DNA of 64,000 bases from an uncultured Gammaproteobacteria bacterium (GCA_963714975.1 CAVQQD010000002.1:736001-800000); one strand, 5' to 3'; positions 1 through 12,407 are shown, counted from the stretch's first letter. The notes: generated by a model from the letters alone, not told the origin. Numbers and translations: made by a program.

Positions 1-836
1 CCTCAGGAAAGACTAAGACAGCATTCGAGTTATGCGATCGCCTACCTTGCGATATTGTTAGCGTTGATTCGGCAATGGTCTATTGTGGTATGGATATTGG
101 CACAGCTAAACCCAGCTTTGCAGAGTTAGCGCAGTTTCCGCATCGTCTGATCAATATTCGAGACCCTGCGTGTGCTTATTCTGCAGGACAATTTCGCCTC
201 GATGCCCTACAACAGATTGAAAAAATTCTGGCAGCTGGTCGCATTCCGCTGTTGGTGGGTGGGACCATGCTGTATTTTCATGTCTTACAACAAGGTATTA
301 CCCCCTTACCTCGAGCAAATCCTAAAATTCGGCAACAGCTAACCCATGAAGCAGCAGCAGAAGGCTGGCCTGCGCTGCATCGTCGTTTGCAGAGTATTGA
401 TCCGGTAGCCGCAGCACGCATTCAACCGCAAGATGCCCAACGGATTCAACGAGCATTGGAAGTCTATGAAATCACCGGGATGTCTTTGACCGATCTTTGT
501 CAGCAAAGCGATCGAACACCTGCAGCGTTTCGGTGGATAAACCTTGCGCTTATCCCCAGTGATCGAGAGCTATTACATCAACGTATTGCAGCGCGTTTTG
601 ATGCCATGCTGCAACAAGGGTTTATAGCCGAGGTAGAAGCATTACAACAACGCGGTGACCTTCATCCTGACTTCCCTGCGCTGCGCGCGGTAGGATATCG
701 CCAGGTATGGGAATATTTGCAGGGCAAGTTATCTAAGCAAGAAATGCGTGAACAGAGTATTGCCGCTACTCGCCAACTCGGGAAGCGGCAGCTTACTTGG
801 TTACGGAAGTGGCCTAATATTCACTACTTTATTTGA
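1..836 (+). CDS. miaA: tRNA dimethylallyltransferase (5'-truncated by window edge)
   Basis: Frame is open from position 3 (SGKT..DS.MVY.GMDIGTAKP); VGGTMLY and KRQLTW motifs; upstream of hfq. Confidence 0.97.
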   Translation, partial: SGKTKTAFELCDRLPCDIVSVDSAMVYCGMDIGTAKPSFAELAQFPHRLINIRDPACAYSAGQFRLDALQQIEKILAAGRIPLLVGGTMLYFHVLQQGITPLPRANPKIRQQLTHEAAAEGWPALHRRLQSIDPVAAARIQPQDAQRIQRALEVYEITGMSLTDLCQQSDRTPAAFRWINLALIPSDRELLHQRIAARFDAMLQQGFIAEVEALQQRGDLHPDFPALRAVGYRQVWEYLQGKLSKQEMREQSIAATRQLGKRQLTWLRKWPNIHYFI

Positions 837-1649
837 ATAAATGCTCGAATTCGTATAACAAATCATCATTAAAGAGCATTACCTTCTGGTCAGTATATTC
901 TCGCTGTTGCGCAGTCACTTTATGGCCTGCTTGATCAAAATAATAAGCGCTAATCTGGCCAATAATTTCGCTAAAAATAACTGCTTTAGCCTGATTACTG
1001 TACATCTGCATTTGCACATATCCGGCACAAAATTCCCCAGCCAAATTAAATGCTCGATTTGTGAGGGCATGACCAAAAAGATCGTGAGTTGCTCTAAACA
1101 AATCGTTGTAACAAAATTCCACACCATCAATAATGATCCCAGTTAATTCCAACATAGGATGGTCATCATAATGTTGATCACGTTTTCCGTAACCAGTCTT
1201 GGTCATATAGACATAAATTTCCCCATTCTGGATTCCCTCAATTATCTCCTTGGATGAATGATAAGGTTGATCATAGTTGGTCCAGGGTTTTATTTTAAAC
1301 CCATATTCAATTAGGCTATCGTAATGTTGTCGGGTTTCAAGTTTAAATTGGCGATAGGCATTTATAACATTAAAGGAGCTATTGCTATCTGCGAGCGCAA
1401 GATCGTAGCGATGATATATTTTAGCTATTTTACAAGCGAACTGTTGAATAACAGCGGATGCGAATTGACGATCATAAAAACTAAAGCAATTGGCCGGATC
1501 GTGCCCATGGTTAATAGGTTTAACCTAGTTTCTACTGCCGAATCTAGGTTAAATATTGTCGAACCATCTCTAAGCCAAGACTTCGGTTGGCTCCCGTAAT
1601 TAGGATTGTTTTGGACATTAAACCTCCGATCTGTTAAATAATTTTCCAA
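829..1649 (-). pseudogene. Conserved-looking hypothetical protein with NDLFRATHDLFGH motif, apparently frameshifted
   Basis: Frame of ORF 829..1206 stays open without a start to about 1525 (..AYRQFKLETRQHYDSLIEYGFKIKPW..QPYHSSKEII..); the N-terminal part is probably ORF 1425..1649 in another frame. Confidence 0.55.
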
Positions 1650-1911
1650 TTATTCTCAATAGCTATGAACGATATAGAAGTATAAGAGTCTGTGGTAGAA
1701 ATAGCCAGTCTCGTGGGAATCGACCAGGAATAGATGAAAAGCATAAATTATCTGGTAACTTAACATGGTATTAGCAATTTGATCAGGAAATTAAAAATTT
1801 TGCAGCTATAATTTTTGAGTATCAATAGTATTCATCAATTTATACAACTTCTCTTACTTGGGAGAGAAAGACCAAATTGTGCTTAATAGTTGCTAAAAGA
1901 CCGGAGAATCC

Positions 1912-2232
1912 ATGTATTACCTGCATTTTTACGTCCCTGAATCTCATCTTGAACTTGTAAAAGCGGCCTTGTTTGCAAAGGGTGCTGGCCGAATTGGCAA
2001 TTATGATCAATGCGCTTGGCAAGTTCTGGGTGAAGGCCAATACCGCCCCCTGGAAAATAGCAAAGCTTTTATCGGCGAACCTTTAAAACTGTCCAAGATT
2101 GCTGAATATAGGGTAGAAATGATTTGCGAGGACGACTGCATTGAGGCAGTAATCGACGCATTGCTCGCGACGCATCCTTGGGAACAACCAGGTTATGTAG
2201 TTATTCCTGTGACTTGTTCAACTTTTGAGTGA
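1912..2232 (+). CDS. YqfO/NIF3-like small protein
   Basis: FYVPESHLE.VK.ALF..GAG.IG.YD.C and HPWE.P motifs; RBS ggag. Confidence 0.85.
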   Translation: MYYLHFYVPESHLELVKAALFAKGAGRIGNYDQCAWQVLGEGQYRPLENSKAFIGEPLKLSKIAEYRVEMICEDDCIEAVIDALLATHPWEQPGYVVIPVTCSTFE

Positions 2233-2852
2233 TTAGAATAAGTAGGCCAATCTGGAAAATATTTTTCAGCTTGATCTCCCCATGCATCCCAATTTTTTCT
2301 CGAGCCTCGGGCAAATAGCTCAAGGTAGGGTCCGGGGCTACACGATTCCACGATATCATAAAATTCATCTGGTTTACGAGAATGCTCGCGTTTTCGTGTG
2401 GCAAGAAAATTGACTTGGCGGCGACCTGGTTCAAGAGTGCGAGCGTTTTTACCTCGCACTCCAAATAGGATAAGTTCGGTTACATTGCGAAAATAGAAAC
2501 CTACACCACGTCCATCTGGACCACCATCTTTGCGTATTTTGTGCCAGACTAAATTGCCTTTGTAATGGAAGCCCCAAGCTTTCATTACAAGTAAACCTTC
2601 TGGTAGCAAAGCATTTGGTACCCATAAATATAAGTGAGCAGTTTGGTTGCTAAGTTGTGCAATGGGAAGGTTTATAATGTCTTGTAAATCCATAGTGTTA
2701 TAGCGCGATAACCGCTTGTGTTCTGGGGCCATCTTCCCGGTACGATTTTGAAATTGCCAGGGAGGATCCGCTAATATGGTAAAGAAACGTTTTTTTTCGA
2801 ACTTGCTAAGCAAATCCTTGGCTGCATTAAGTTCAGTTTTCAATTTTCTCAT
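2193..2852 (-). CDS. MT-A70 family N6-adenine methyltransferase
   Basis: ILADPPW, HLYLWVPN, EHSRKPDE, YLELFAR motifs; ATGA overlap with the upstream nuclease gene. Confidence 0.92.
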   Translation of the reverse strand: MRKLKTELNAAKDLLSKFEKKRFFTILADPPWQFQNRTGKMAPEHKRLSRYNTMDLQDIINLPIAQLSNQTAHLYLWVPNALLPEGLLVMKAWGFHYKGNLVWHKIRKDGGPDGRGVGFYFRNVTELILFGVRGKNARTLEPGRRQVNFLATRKREHSRKPDEFYDIVESCSPGPYLELFARGSRKNWDAWGDQAEKYFPDWPTYSNHSKVEQVTGITT

Positions 2853-3664
2853 GGGGGATTCCAGTCAGTTATTAATCTCGGTGTGATTCCAAATACTAAT
2901 ATTGGGCATCCACCATGCCGTCCAGCATTTAAACGATAAAGTAACTTGCCCATCCAGGTAGTACTGGCGCCATATTTAGCTTTTACAGTTTTAGCTTGAC
3001 CAATTTTCTTACCAACTTTATGCATCTCAACTTGACCTGATTTTGTTAATTGTGGGACAGCTTCGAATACTGCGTTTAAACTTGCACTGCGTGTTATCAT
3101 GATGCCAACACTAATTAGCCCACATTCGTGAAAAGCGCGTAATGCATATAAATCACGGTCAAAGGTTTGATCCTTTGAGTTCCATTCCAAATCAAAGGCC
3201 ACACGGTTTTTTACATAATCAATCTTATGGCCATCAATAAAATTAGTAATCGTCTGCGATTTATATTCAGGACGTTTGATTTTCTTAATTTTAGAATCTG
3301 ATAAGAATAATTCATCATATTCTTGCATCCGTATTAGCAAGTCACCCTGGATTCGGGTTTCAGTCCAACCAGCAGGCCTTAAGATGCGTGAGAATTTCTT
3401 AGGGATATCAGATTCATTCCCACCAGGGGCGCTTATTTCTTGTAGAGTAATTTGAAAAGCTAGTAATGCTTGTTCAATTTGATGTAATTCGTTTGGAAAT
3501 GAATTAGCTAAAATCGCAGCAGCGTGCCGATAGCTATATATTTCATAAAGCTCTCTGACTTTGCTACTGATGTATGGTTCTATACTATCCATATCATCAG
3601 CGTTCTGGCCAGGTCGTAGATCAATATCATCAGCTGTTTCAATAGATTTTTCTTGTATATTCAT
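2849..3664 (-). CDS. BglII/BstYI-like type II restriction endonuclease
   Basis: GGNES, HKIDYVK.RVAFDLEWNSKD..FDRDL, ITRS, GGCPILVFGI motifs; coupled to the MT-A70 gene. Confidence 0.85.
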   Translation of the reverse strand: MNIQEKSIETADDIDLRPGQNADDMDSIEPYISSKVRELYEIYSYRHAAAILANSFPNELHQIEQALLAFQITLQEISAPGGNESDIPKKFSRILRPAGWTETRIQGDLLIRMQEYDELFLSDSKIKKIKRPEYKSQTITNFIDGHKIDYVKNRVAFDLEWNSKDQTFDRDLYALRAFHECGLISVGIMITRSASLNAVFEAVPQLTKSGQVEMHKVGKKIGQAKTVKAKYGASTTWMGKLLYRLNAGRHGGCPILVFGITPRLITDWNPP

Positions 3665-3806
3665 ATTAGATTATCCAGTGGGTGTTTCTATCAAAACCTA
3701 TTATCGTCAAATAGCTATTGCTTTTTCAACCTATGAATTTATTCTCTCTCTTATATTAAATTTAGCTAGACTTTATCATTAACAGCTTCACTTTGGTAGT
3801 TGTAGC

Positions 3807-4667
3807 TTAATTAAATCGCCATGGGATTGGTGAAAATGGCGTTAATTCTTTCAGGAATTCCTCTACGGGTAAGCATAGAATATGGTTTTTTTGTAGGCGG
3901 TCTTTGCCGCGATATAGGAAAAGTGGGGCTACTTCTGGATAATCCTCACAAAAGGCTTTTAATCCATTAAGGTCTTTGTCATGAATTTTGTCGGCATTTT
4001 TCACTTCGATAGCAAAAAGACCGGCTTTGCCGTCAATAATAAAATCCACTTCCAGGCCATAGCGAGTGCGCCAATAATATAATTTGTTGGGTTCTCCTTG
4101 GGAATCATTCCACGCCCGTAAATGTTGAGCGACTAATCCTTCTAGACCTGCCCCATTTAATTCAGCGACGGTATCCAAATAACCGCTAGGGCGCAAATTG
4201 TTATAAACACCCGTATCAAAGTAATAAAATTTGGGATGTGAAATCAATTCACGTTTGGCTCTAATACTGAAAACAGGGATTTGAAAGCTCAGCAGTAAAT
4301 CCTGTAAAACATCTAGATAACCTTCGATTAATTTACGTGATAATTCACACTCTCGGGCAATGTTGCTGAGATTAAGGATAGCTCCTTGAGAAAAGCTCAT
4401 GACCTCAAGAAACCGTGAGAAGAGCAATTCTGGCAGTTTTTGTACTTCATCAATGATAATTGTTTTAGTTTTTGCGGCACGCACAATCTCCTCCAATCGC
4501 TCTGGGTAAGCACGGTATTGACGAATTTCTGCCGGTTTTAGCAGGTCTATTCTCAATGCATTGGGGTAATTGAGCTTCAACCAAGTAGATTTGCCGGTAC
4601 CACGCGGGCCGAACAAAAAATAGGATTGCTCTATTGGGATTAAAAACCGCTTAATGGAGTTGTACAT
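3807..4667 (-). CDS. AAA+ ATPase with DUF4143-type C-terminal domain, probably internally deleted
   Basis: Walker A GPRGTGKST, Walker B IIIDEVQK, KFYYFDTG, EVDFI..AIEVK; the central region seems missing. Confidence 0.85.
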   Translation of the reverse strand: MYNSIKRFLIPIEQSYFLFGPRGTGKSTWLKLNYPNALRIDLLKPAEIRQYRAYPERLEEIVRAAKTKTIIIDEVQKLPELLFSRFLEVMSFSQGAILNLSNIARECELSRKLIEGYLDVLQDLLLSFQIPVFSIRAKRELISHPKFYYFDTGVYNNLRPSGYLDTVAELNGAGLEGLVAQHLRAWNDSQGEPNKLYYWRTRYGLEVDFIIDGKAGLFAIEVKNADKIHDKDLNGLKAFCEDYPEVAPLFLYRGKDRLQKNHILCLPVEEFLKELTPFSPIPWRFN

Positions 4668-4682
4668 CGTAATTTACCCGCG

Positions 4683-4739
4683 AAATTTCACCTGTCACCT
4701 CCATTTTTGCAGCAAAAATGGAGGTGATAAGTGAAATTT
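4683..4739. repeat. 28-bp-arm near-perfect inverted repeat directly upstream of the ATPase
   Basis: aaatttcacctgtcacctccatttttgc-a-gcaaaaatggaggtgataagtgaaattt (2 mismatches). Confidence 0.85.
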
Positions 4740-4744
4740 TGGCA

Positions 4745-4782
4745 CGTCGTCCCGGCAGGACTGGCATCCATGCCAGGACGAC
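4745..4782. repeat. Palindromic element, family E (related to the copy inside rluB)
   Basis: cgtcgtcccggca...catccatgccaggacgac versus 51554-51583. Confidence 0.7.
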
Positions 4783-4955
4783 ATTCGAATTAATTAAGCT
4801 TACCTTAATTAATCGATGGCAAATTGCCAATTACATGGTAAACTTGCCAGCTCATCCTTCAATGCGAGGGAGGGGGTTTATTTGAGAATCCCAGTTGCGA
4901 CTGTCAGCGGAATCGCTGATTAGTTTTTAGTTAGACAAATAGCAAGGAGAACGCT

Positions 4956-5198
4956 ATGACTAAAGGACATTTGCTACAAGATCCTTTTTTAGAAACTTTA
5001 TGTAGAGAAAAAGTACCTGTCTCAATTTACCTAGTAAATGGTATTAAGCTACAGGGGCAGATTGAAGCTTTTGATCCGGCCGTGGTACTGTTAAAAAATA
5101 CCTCGAGCCAGATTGTTTATAAACATGCAATTTCCACCATTGTACCCTCACGCAAAATTGTGCTTGAAGGCTTTAATGAAGAGGTAGAAAGCGCCTGA
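4956..5198 (+). CDS. hfq: RNA chaperone Hfq
   Basis: [24 protein letters not shown]. Confidence 0.98.
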   Translation: MTKGHLLQDPFLETLCREKVPVSIYLVNGIKLQGQIEAFDPAVVLLKNTSSQIVYKHAISTIVPSRKIVLEGFNEEVESA

Positions 5199-6313
5199 AG
5201 TCCAATAAATCTGAGAAACCAAAGGGAGAGCCTGCTATCCTCGTGCATATTGATTTTCATACTGTGCACGAGGAAGAATATATTGCTGAGTTTTACGAAC
5301 TTGCCTTATCAGTTGGAGCTGTGCCTAGCCAGCTTATTAGGGGGGCTCGTAAGGTGCCTGAGCCAAAATATTTTATTGGTACCGGTAAGGCAGAAGAAAT
5401 TTTGCATTCAGTTGAGGCGCAAAAGATAAAACTCGTTTTGGTCAATCATGAATTATCCCCCAGGCAAAAGCGTAACTTAGAACTGCTGCTGCAGTGCCAG
5501 GTGCTGGACAGAACTGAAGTCATTTTAAAAATTTTTGCCCAGCGCGCTCGTACTTTTGAGGGAAAGCTGCAGGTTGATTTAGCGCAGATGCAATATTTAT
5601 TGTCTCGTTTAGTACGGGGTTGGACGCACCTGGAACGACAGCGCGGGGGGTTAGGGTTACGTGGTGGCCCTGGTGAAGCGCAAATTGAATTGGATCGGCG
5701 CTTATTGCGTGATCGCATTAACGTGATTAAAAAGCGCTTGGAGAAGGTTCGAAAGCACCGTAATTTGAGCCGTCGTGCCAGGCAGCGGGCAGCCATTCCA
5801 ACTGTCTCTTTGATTGGTTATACCAATGCCGGTAAATCTACATTGTTCAACAAGTTGACCAAGTCACAGGTTTTTGTTGCTGATCAACTGTTTGCCACTT
5901 TGGATCCGAGTTTACGTCGAGTCAATATTCCTAAAGCAGGAACTGTCATCTTAGCGGATACAGTGGGTTTCATTCGCGATTTGCCGCATCATTTAATCGA
6001 AGCTTTTCATGCTACTTTGGAAGAGACGGTAGAAGCTAGCTTGTTATTGCATGTGGTTGATGCTCATAATCCTGAGCGTCAATTTTATATGGAACAAGTG
6101 GATAAGGTTTTACAACAAATTGGAGCTGATCAAGTCCCCCAGCTGCAGGTTTTTAATAAAATTGATTTATTGCCTGAGCTGTTGCCTAGAATTGATCGTG
6201 ATGCATCAGGTCGACCAATTCGGGTTTGGCTATCAGCCACCACGGGTCAGGGCATTGAGTTGCTAAAAGAAGCACTACAGGAAGTAATTTCTGCTGAAAT
6301 TCGGCTCCCTTAA
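5195..6313 (+). CDS. hflX: GTPase HflX (start possibly CTG 5195; ORF track uses GTG 5243)
   Basis: [25 protein letters not shown]; follows hfq. Confidence 0.96.
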   Translation: MKSNKSEKPKGEPAILVHIDFHTVHEEEYIAEFYELALSVGAVPSQLIRGARKVPEPKYFIGTGKAEEILHSVEAQKIKLVLVNHELSPRQKRNLELLLQCQVLDRTEVILKIFAQRARTFEGKLQVDLAQMQYLLSRLVRGWTHLERQRGGLGLRGGPGEAQIELDRRLLRDRINVIKKRLEKVRKHRNLSRRARQRAAIPTVSLIGYTNAGKSTLFNKLTKSQVFVADQLFATLDPSLRRVNIPKAGTVILADTVGFIRDLPHHLIEAFHATLEETVEASLLLHVVDAHNPERQFYMEQVDKVLQQIGADQVPQLQVFNKIDLLPELLPRIDRDASGRPIRVWLSATTGQGIELLKEALQEVISAEIRLP

Positions 6314-6315
6314 CT

Positions 6316-6360
6316 CCTTCTCCCCTTGTGGGAGAAGGTGCCCGCTAGGGCGCGGAGGGG
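6316..6360 (+). repeat. REP-like palindrome family A
   Basis: ccttctccccttgtgggagaaggtgcccgctagggcgcggagggg. Confidence 0.9.
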
Positions 6361-6394
6361 TAAGTTTTATGGGATAGCATCCCTATAAGCATTC

Positions 6395-7672
6395 TTACAG
6401 GGTCAGGCTTTTTGCTGTCTCTGTGCCTTTCTTTTGCTGAGGGTAGGTAGTCTCTTCCTTGCCCAAAAGCTTGTAAATAAGGCTCTTGCCCTGTTCTTCG
6501 GGAATTATAAAAATCGCATATTCTATAATTATTTTAAGTAACTCAATTGGGAAGGTCTGATGAAGATAACTGCGTAATTCTTTTGCATCTTGTTGTTTCA
6601 ACCTGTTTTGCCAAAAAGACCATTTATTCCTTAGCTTCTGGTTGGGGCTCTGCGATAACAATTCGTTAATTTTTGTTTGAGTATGACCTGTCTCTTTTGC
6701 TTTTTTGTTATCTAAAAAGGTTTTTGCAACAGTTAACTGAAAAATTTCTTGCTCCTCTTCATCTGCTACTTGTTTTATTGGTTTAAAGGAAGGACGCTGC
6801 CCTAACAAATCCTTTGCTTGTTGATGTCCTTGAGCAGCAGCTTGTCTAAGCCAACGCGCACCTTCTTTCTGGCTCTCCAGGTCAATATCCCTAAAGAAAT
6901 CTCTCACCGAGGTAAACCAACTTTTTTCCCTATCCGTCTGGGGAGCAGCAGGTATGCGAATTTTTCCATTTATATAAAGCGAAGCTAAATTATATTGTGC
7001 AGTGACGCATCCTAGCTCAGCAGAGGTGTATAAAAAATTCACTGCTTTTTTCTCATCTTTTTCAACGCCTTCGCCGTTCCAAAAATGTAGACCTAAGTGA
7101 CAGTTTGCATCGGCATCTCCTTGTTCAGCAGCCAAAAGAAATAAACGTATTGCTTCTTCTTGGTTACCCTGTTGCGCGCAATGCCGACCTAAAGATGTTT
7201 GTGCAGGAGGGTATCCTTGCTGAACAGCAAAATCCAATAAACGCTGTGCTTCTTGCTGATTTTTTTCTACACCTCGTCCGTGTTTATAACATTTACTTAA
7301 ATGATATTGTGCAGCAGCGAGTCCTTGCTCAGCAGCTAAACTCCATAGGCGCACTGCTTCTTGCTCTTGCTCATGGGTGCCATTAGGATGTTCCCGACCC
7401 AAATAATATTGTGCTATTGCCTCATCAAATTGTTTTGCCAGACCGTATAAAAATTGCACCCTTTTTTTATCGGGTTCGCTGAAAATTTCAAACTTCTCCA
7501 AAATCTTATCCAGAATAACTACCAATTCATTGGACAATTTTTTGTAATCATCCTTTATGCTGCATTTTTTTGCTTCCGCTATTTTTATTTCTAATTTATT
7601 TAATAATTCACCTAACGTATTAGTTGTATTTTTGGGGGGACTTACTTCTATTGCTGTTTTTGACTCATTCAT
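6395..7672 (-). CDS. Sel1/TPR-like repeat protein, putative secreted effector
   Basis: Repeated AAEQG..AQY.L...Y..G.GVEK units; inserted antisense between hflX and hflK. Confidence 0.88.
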   Translation of the reverse strand: MNESKTAIEVSPPKNTTNTLGELLNKLEIKIAEAKKCSIKDDYKKLSNELVVILDKILEKFEIFSEPDKKRVQFLYGLAKQFDEAIAQYYLGREHPNGTHEQEQEAVRLWSLAAEQGLAAAQYHLSKCYKHGRGVEKNQQEAQRLLDFAVQQGYPPAQTSLGRHCAQQGNQEEAIRLFLLAAEQGDADANCHLGLHFWNGEGVEKDEKKAVNFLYTSAELGCVTAQYNLASLYINGKIRIPAAPQTDREKSWFTSVRDFFRDIDLESQKEGARWLRQAAAQGHQQAKDLLGQRPSFKPIKQVADEEEQEIFQLTVAKTFLDNKKAKETGHTQTKINELLSQSPNQKLRNKWSFWQNRLKQQDAKELRSYLHQTFPIELLKIIIEYAIFIIPEEQGKSLIYKLLGKEETTYPQQKKGTETAKSLTL

Positions 7673-7812
7673 AGTATTTTCCTCCTCTTGGTTTTTCGTA
7701 GACTTTAGGGTTAGGGTAACCTCAAAACTTAAAAACTGCGAATAGGACTATTTTTGATAATAGCCTTTGGAAAATTCTGGCTCCTGCCTAGCGGCAAGTG
7801 AGTAAGAAGTAC

Positions 7813-8016
7813 CTCTGTAGGGGACAAAAATAATCCCTCCCTTTGCAAAAAAGAGGTTTAGGAGGGATTTAAAGAAGCATTGAATACTAACGAAAATAAC
7901 GTTAGTACTCTACATCTTTATTAAATCCCCCCTACCCCACTTTTTTCAAAGGGGGGGGGGATTATCTTTGTATCCCCCTTTTTCAAAGGGGAAAATTATT
8001 TTTGTCCCCTATAGAG
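7813..8016. mobile_element. MITE, 204 bp, with 22-bp TIRs and 9-bp target duplication
   Basis: TIR ctctgtaggggacaaaaataat 7813-7834 / attatttttgtcccctatagag 7995-8016; aagaagtac at 7804-7812 and 8017-8025. Confidence 0.88.
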
Positions 8017-8200
8017 AAGAAGTACTACTCTTTGTTGTCCGACGTTACTTGTCGGAGTTAATGGTAACATTTGCAGGAGGTAATAAGAAGGGTTTTGCGG
8101 TGCTGTCCCGGTGTTTTGATCACATCCGGTTGCTAGAGATTCATTGCAATGCTAAGCTTGTTGGCTTCCCGAATTGCCCTTTATGTGGAGAGTGATAAAA

Positions 8201-9339
8201 ATGCTTTGGAATCTATTTAAACAGAATGGTGAGAAAAACGTGCCCCAAGGGCCTCCGGATTTAGATGCTTTATTGCGGCAATATAAAAATAAATTGTTAG
8301 CCGCTCTTCGTGGTAAAAAACCAGGAGGTTATGGCGCTAGTACTCCTTCTGGGAAGGGGGGGGGGGTCATGATGGCGATTGTAATTTTGGTTGCAATAAT
8401 AGTCTGGGCGCTACTCGGTATTTTTATCGTCTCCCCGGCAGAAAGAGCGGTAATCCTTCGGTTTGGTCGTTACGTCGAAACAGTCGGCTCAGGCCCGCAT
8501 TGGATCCCCTTATTCATTGAGTCTAAACGCCTCGTGAATGTCCAGCGCGTTTCCAATTTTAAATATGAAGCAGAAATGCTCACCAAAGATGAAAACATTG
8601 TTTCGGTTGCAGTGGCTGTCCAATATCGAGTCGATAATGCCCGAGACTTTCTCTTCAATGCGGTGGATCCAGATATCGGTTTACAACAGGCTATTGCCAG
8701 TGCTTTGCGTCAAGCTGTGGGTCACAATACCTTGGATGATCTACTGACTACAGGTCGTCAACAAGTTCGTGAACAAATGGCCGTGCAGTTGCGACAAATC
8801 CTCTCCAATTATCATTCAGGATTATTAATCACTGACGTAACCTTACAATCCATTCGGCCTCCCGAAGAAGTCACCGATGCTTTTGACGATGCTGTGAAAG
8901 CCCGAGAAGACCAACAATCTTACATTAATAAAGCGGATGCTTATGCCAAGCAGGTGAGTGCTACTGCTCAGGGTCAAATAGCACGCTTATCACAAGAAGC
9001 TGAGGCAGCCAAAAAACAAATTGTCCTTGAAGCCCAAGCTAGTACAGCCCAGTACTTGGCCTTATTGCCAGAATATCAAAGATCCCCCCAAATCATGAAG
9101 GTACGTCTCTATTTTGGTACTTTACAAGAAGTATTCGCTCAAACTCCAAAGTTATTTTGGGATCAACGAAACGCTGGACCATTAATTTTTTCTTTTGATA
9201 AGCTCGCTCAAGCGGCCAGTATGCTTTCTACTGAAACTTCAGCTACTTCTGAGAATGCAAAAGCCTCTTTATTGAACTCGCTTACTAACCTGCCAAGTCA
9301 GCCAGGGCCTGCAAGATTTCCGTCACGAGGAGCGAATCC

Positions 9340-9343
<4 letters not shown>
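8201..9343 (+). CDS. hflK: FtsH protease modulator HflK
   Basis: GPPDLD, TM helix, MLTKDENIV SPFH domain. Confidence 0.96.
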
Positions 9344-11858
<2,515 letters not shown>

Positions 11859-11884
11859 CTGGGATAAGACTGATAACCTAATGT

Positions 11885-11971
11885 TGGTGCCGAGGAGAGG
11901 ACTCGAACCTCCACAGGGTTTCCCCCACAAGTACCTGAAACTTGCGTGTCTACCAATTTCACCACCTCGGC
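11885..11971 (-). tRNA. tRNA-Leu(CAG)
   Basis: gccgaggtggtgaaattggtagacacg..caagt-tt-CAG-gt-acttg..gttcgagtc..cca; long variable arm. Confidence 0.96.
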
Positions 11972-11980
11972 TTGTTTTTA

Positions 11981-12026
11981 CCCCCTCTCCCACCTTCCCT
12001 TGCTGGCGCCCGCGTGGGGGAGAGGG
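11981..12026. repeat. REP-like hairpin, family A variant
   Basis: ccccctctcccacc...gtgggggagaggg. Confidence 0.7.
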
Positions 12027-12036
12027 AGTAAAGCTC

Positions 12037-12327
12037 TTATCGGGTCGGCCTTATTGGACCGGATCCATTATGAATTTTGACTTCATCACAATGGTAAAAA
12101 TCATATTCCTTATACAAAGCAGCGTCAGTTGCAGGTGTATAAGGCAACCCATTAGGTGGACTTGGTGGATTAGTCACATTATCATTCATGATGATGTCTT
12201 GACTTATGGTATCACAGATTGTGCTGCGTTGATCAATAGGAATTACACTTGGTTTAGACGCACAACTAACCACGAGCAGAGGGATACTTAAAATAGCGAA
12301 ATAAACCGACTTGGGTTTGAGAAGCAT
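12037..12327 (-). CDS. Small hypothetical lipoprotein
   Basis: Basic N-terminus, hydrophobic stretch, lipobox-like VVSC; RBS aagga. Confidence 0.65.
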   Translation of the reverse strand: MLLKPKSVYFAILSIPLLVVSCASKPSVIPIDQRSTICDTISQDIIMNDNVTNPPSPPNGLPYTPATDAALYKEYDFYHCDEVKIHNGSGPIRPTR

Positions 12328-12407
12328 GGGTAAATCCTTCAGTCATTATTGTTAAAAAGAGGGTGCTAACTTTAGCACTTCCAATTGGTTATTTCATTAT
12401 AGTTCAT

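Noticed and set aside
4789-4813. attaattaag-cttac-cttaattaat as a PmrA box upstream of hfq
   Set aside because: It is a symmetric AT-rich palindrome without a properly spaced -10; ambiguous
7705-7716. ttagggttaggg telomere-like dimer
   Set aside because: Only two units; expected by chance
7968-8195. 75-aa ORF upstream of hflK
   Set aside because: Begins inside the MITE hairpins; no recognisable motif or RBS
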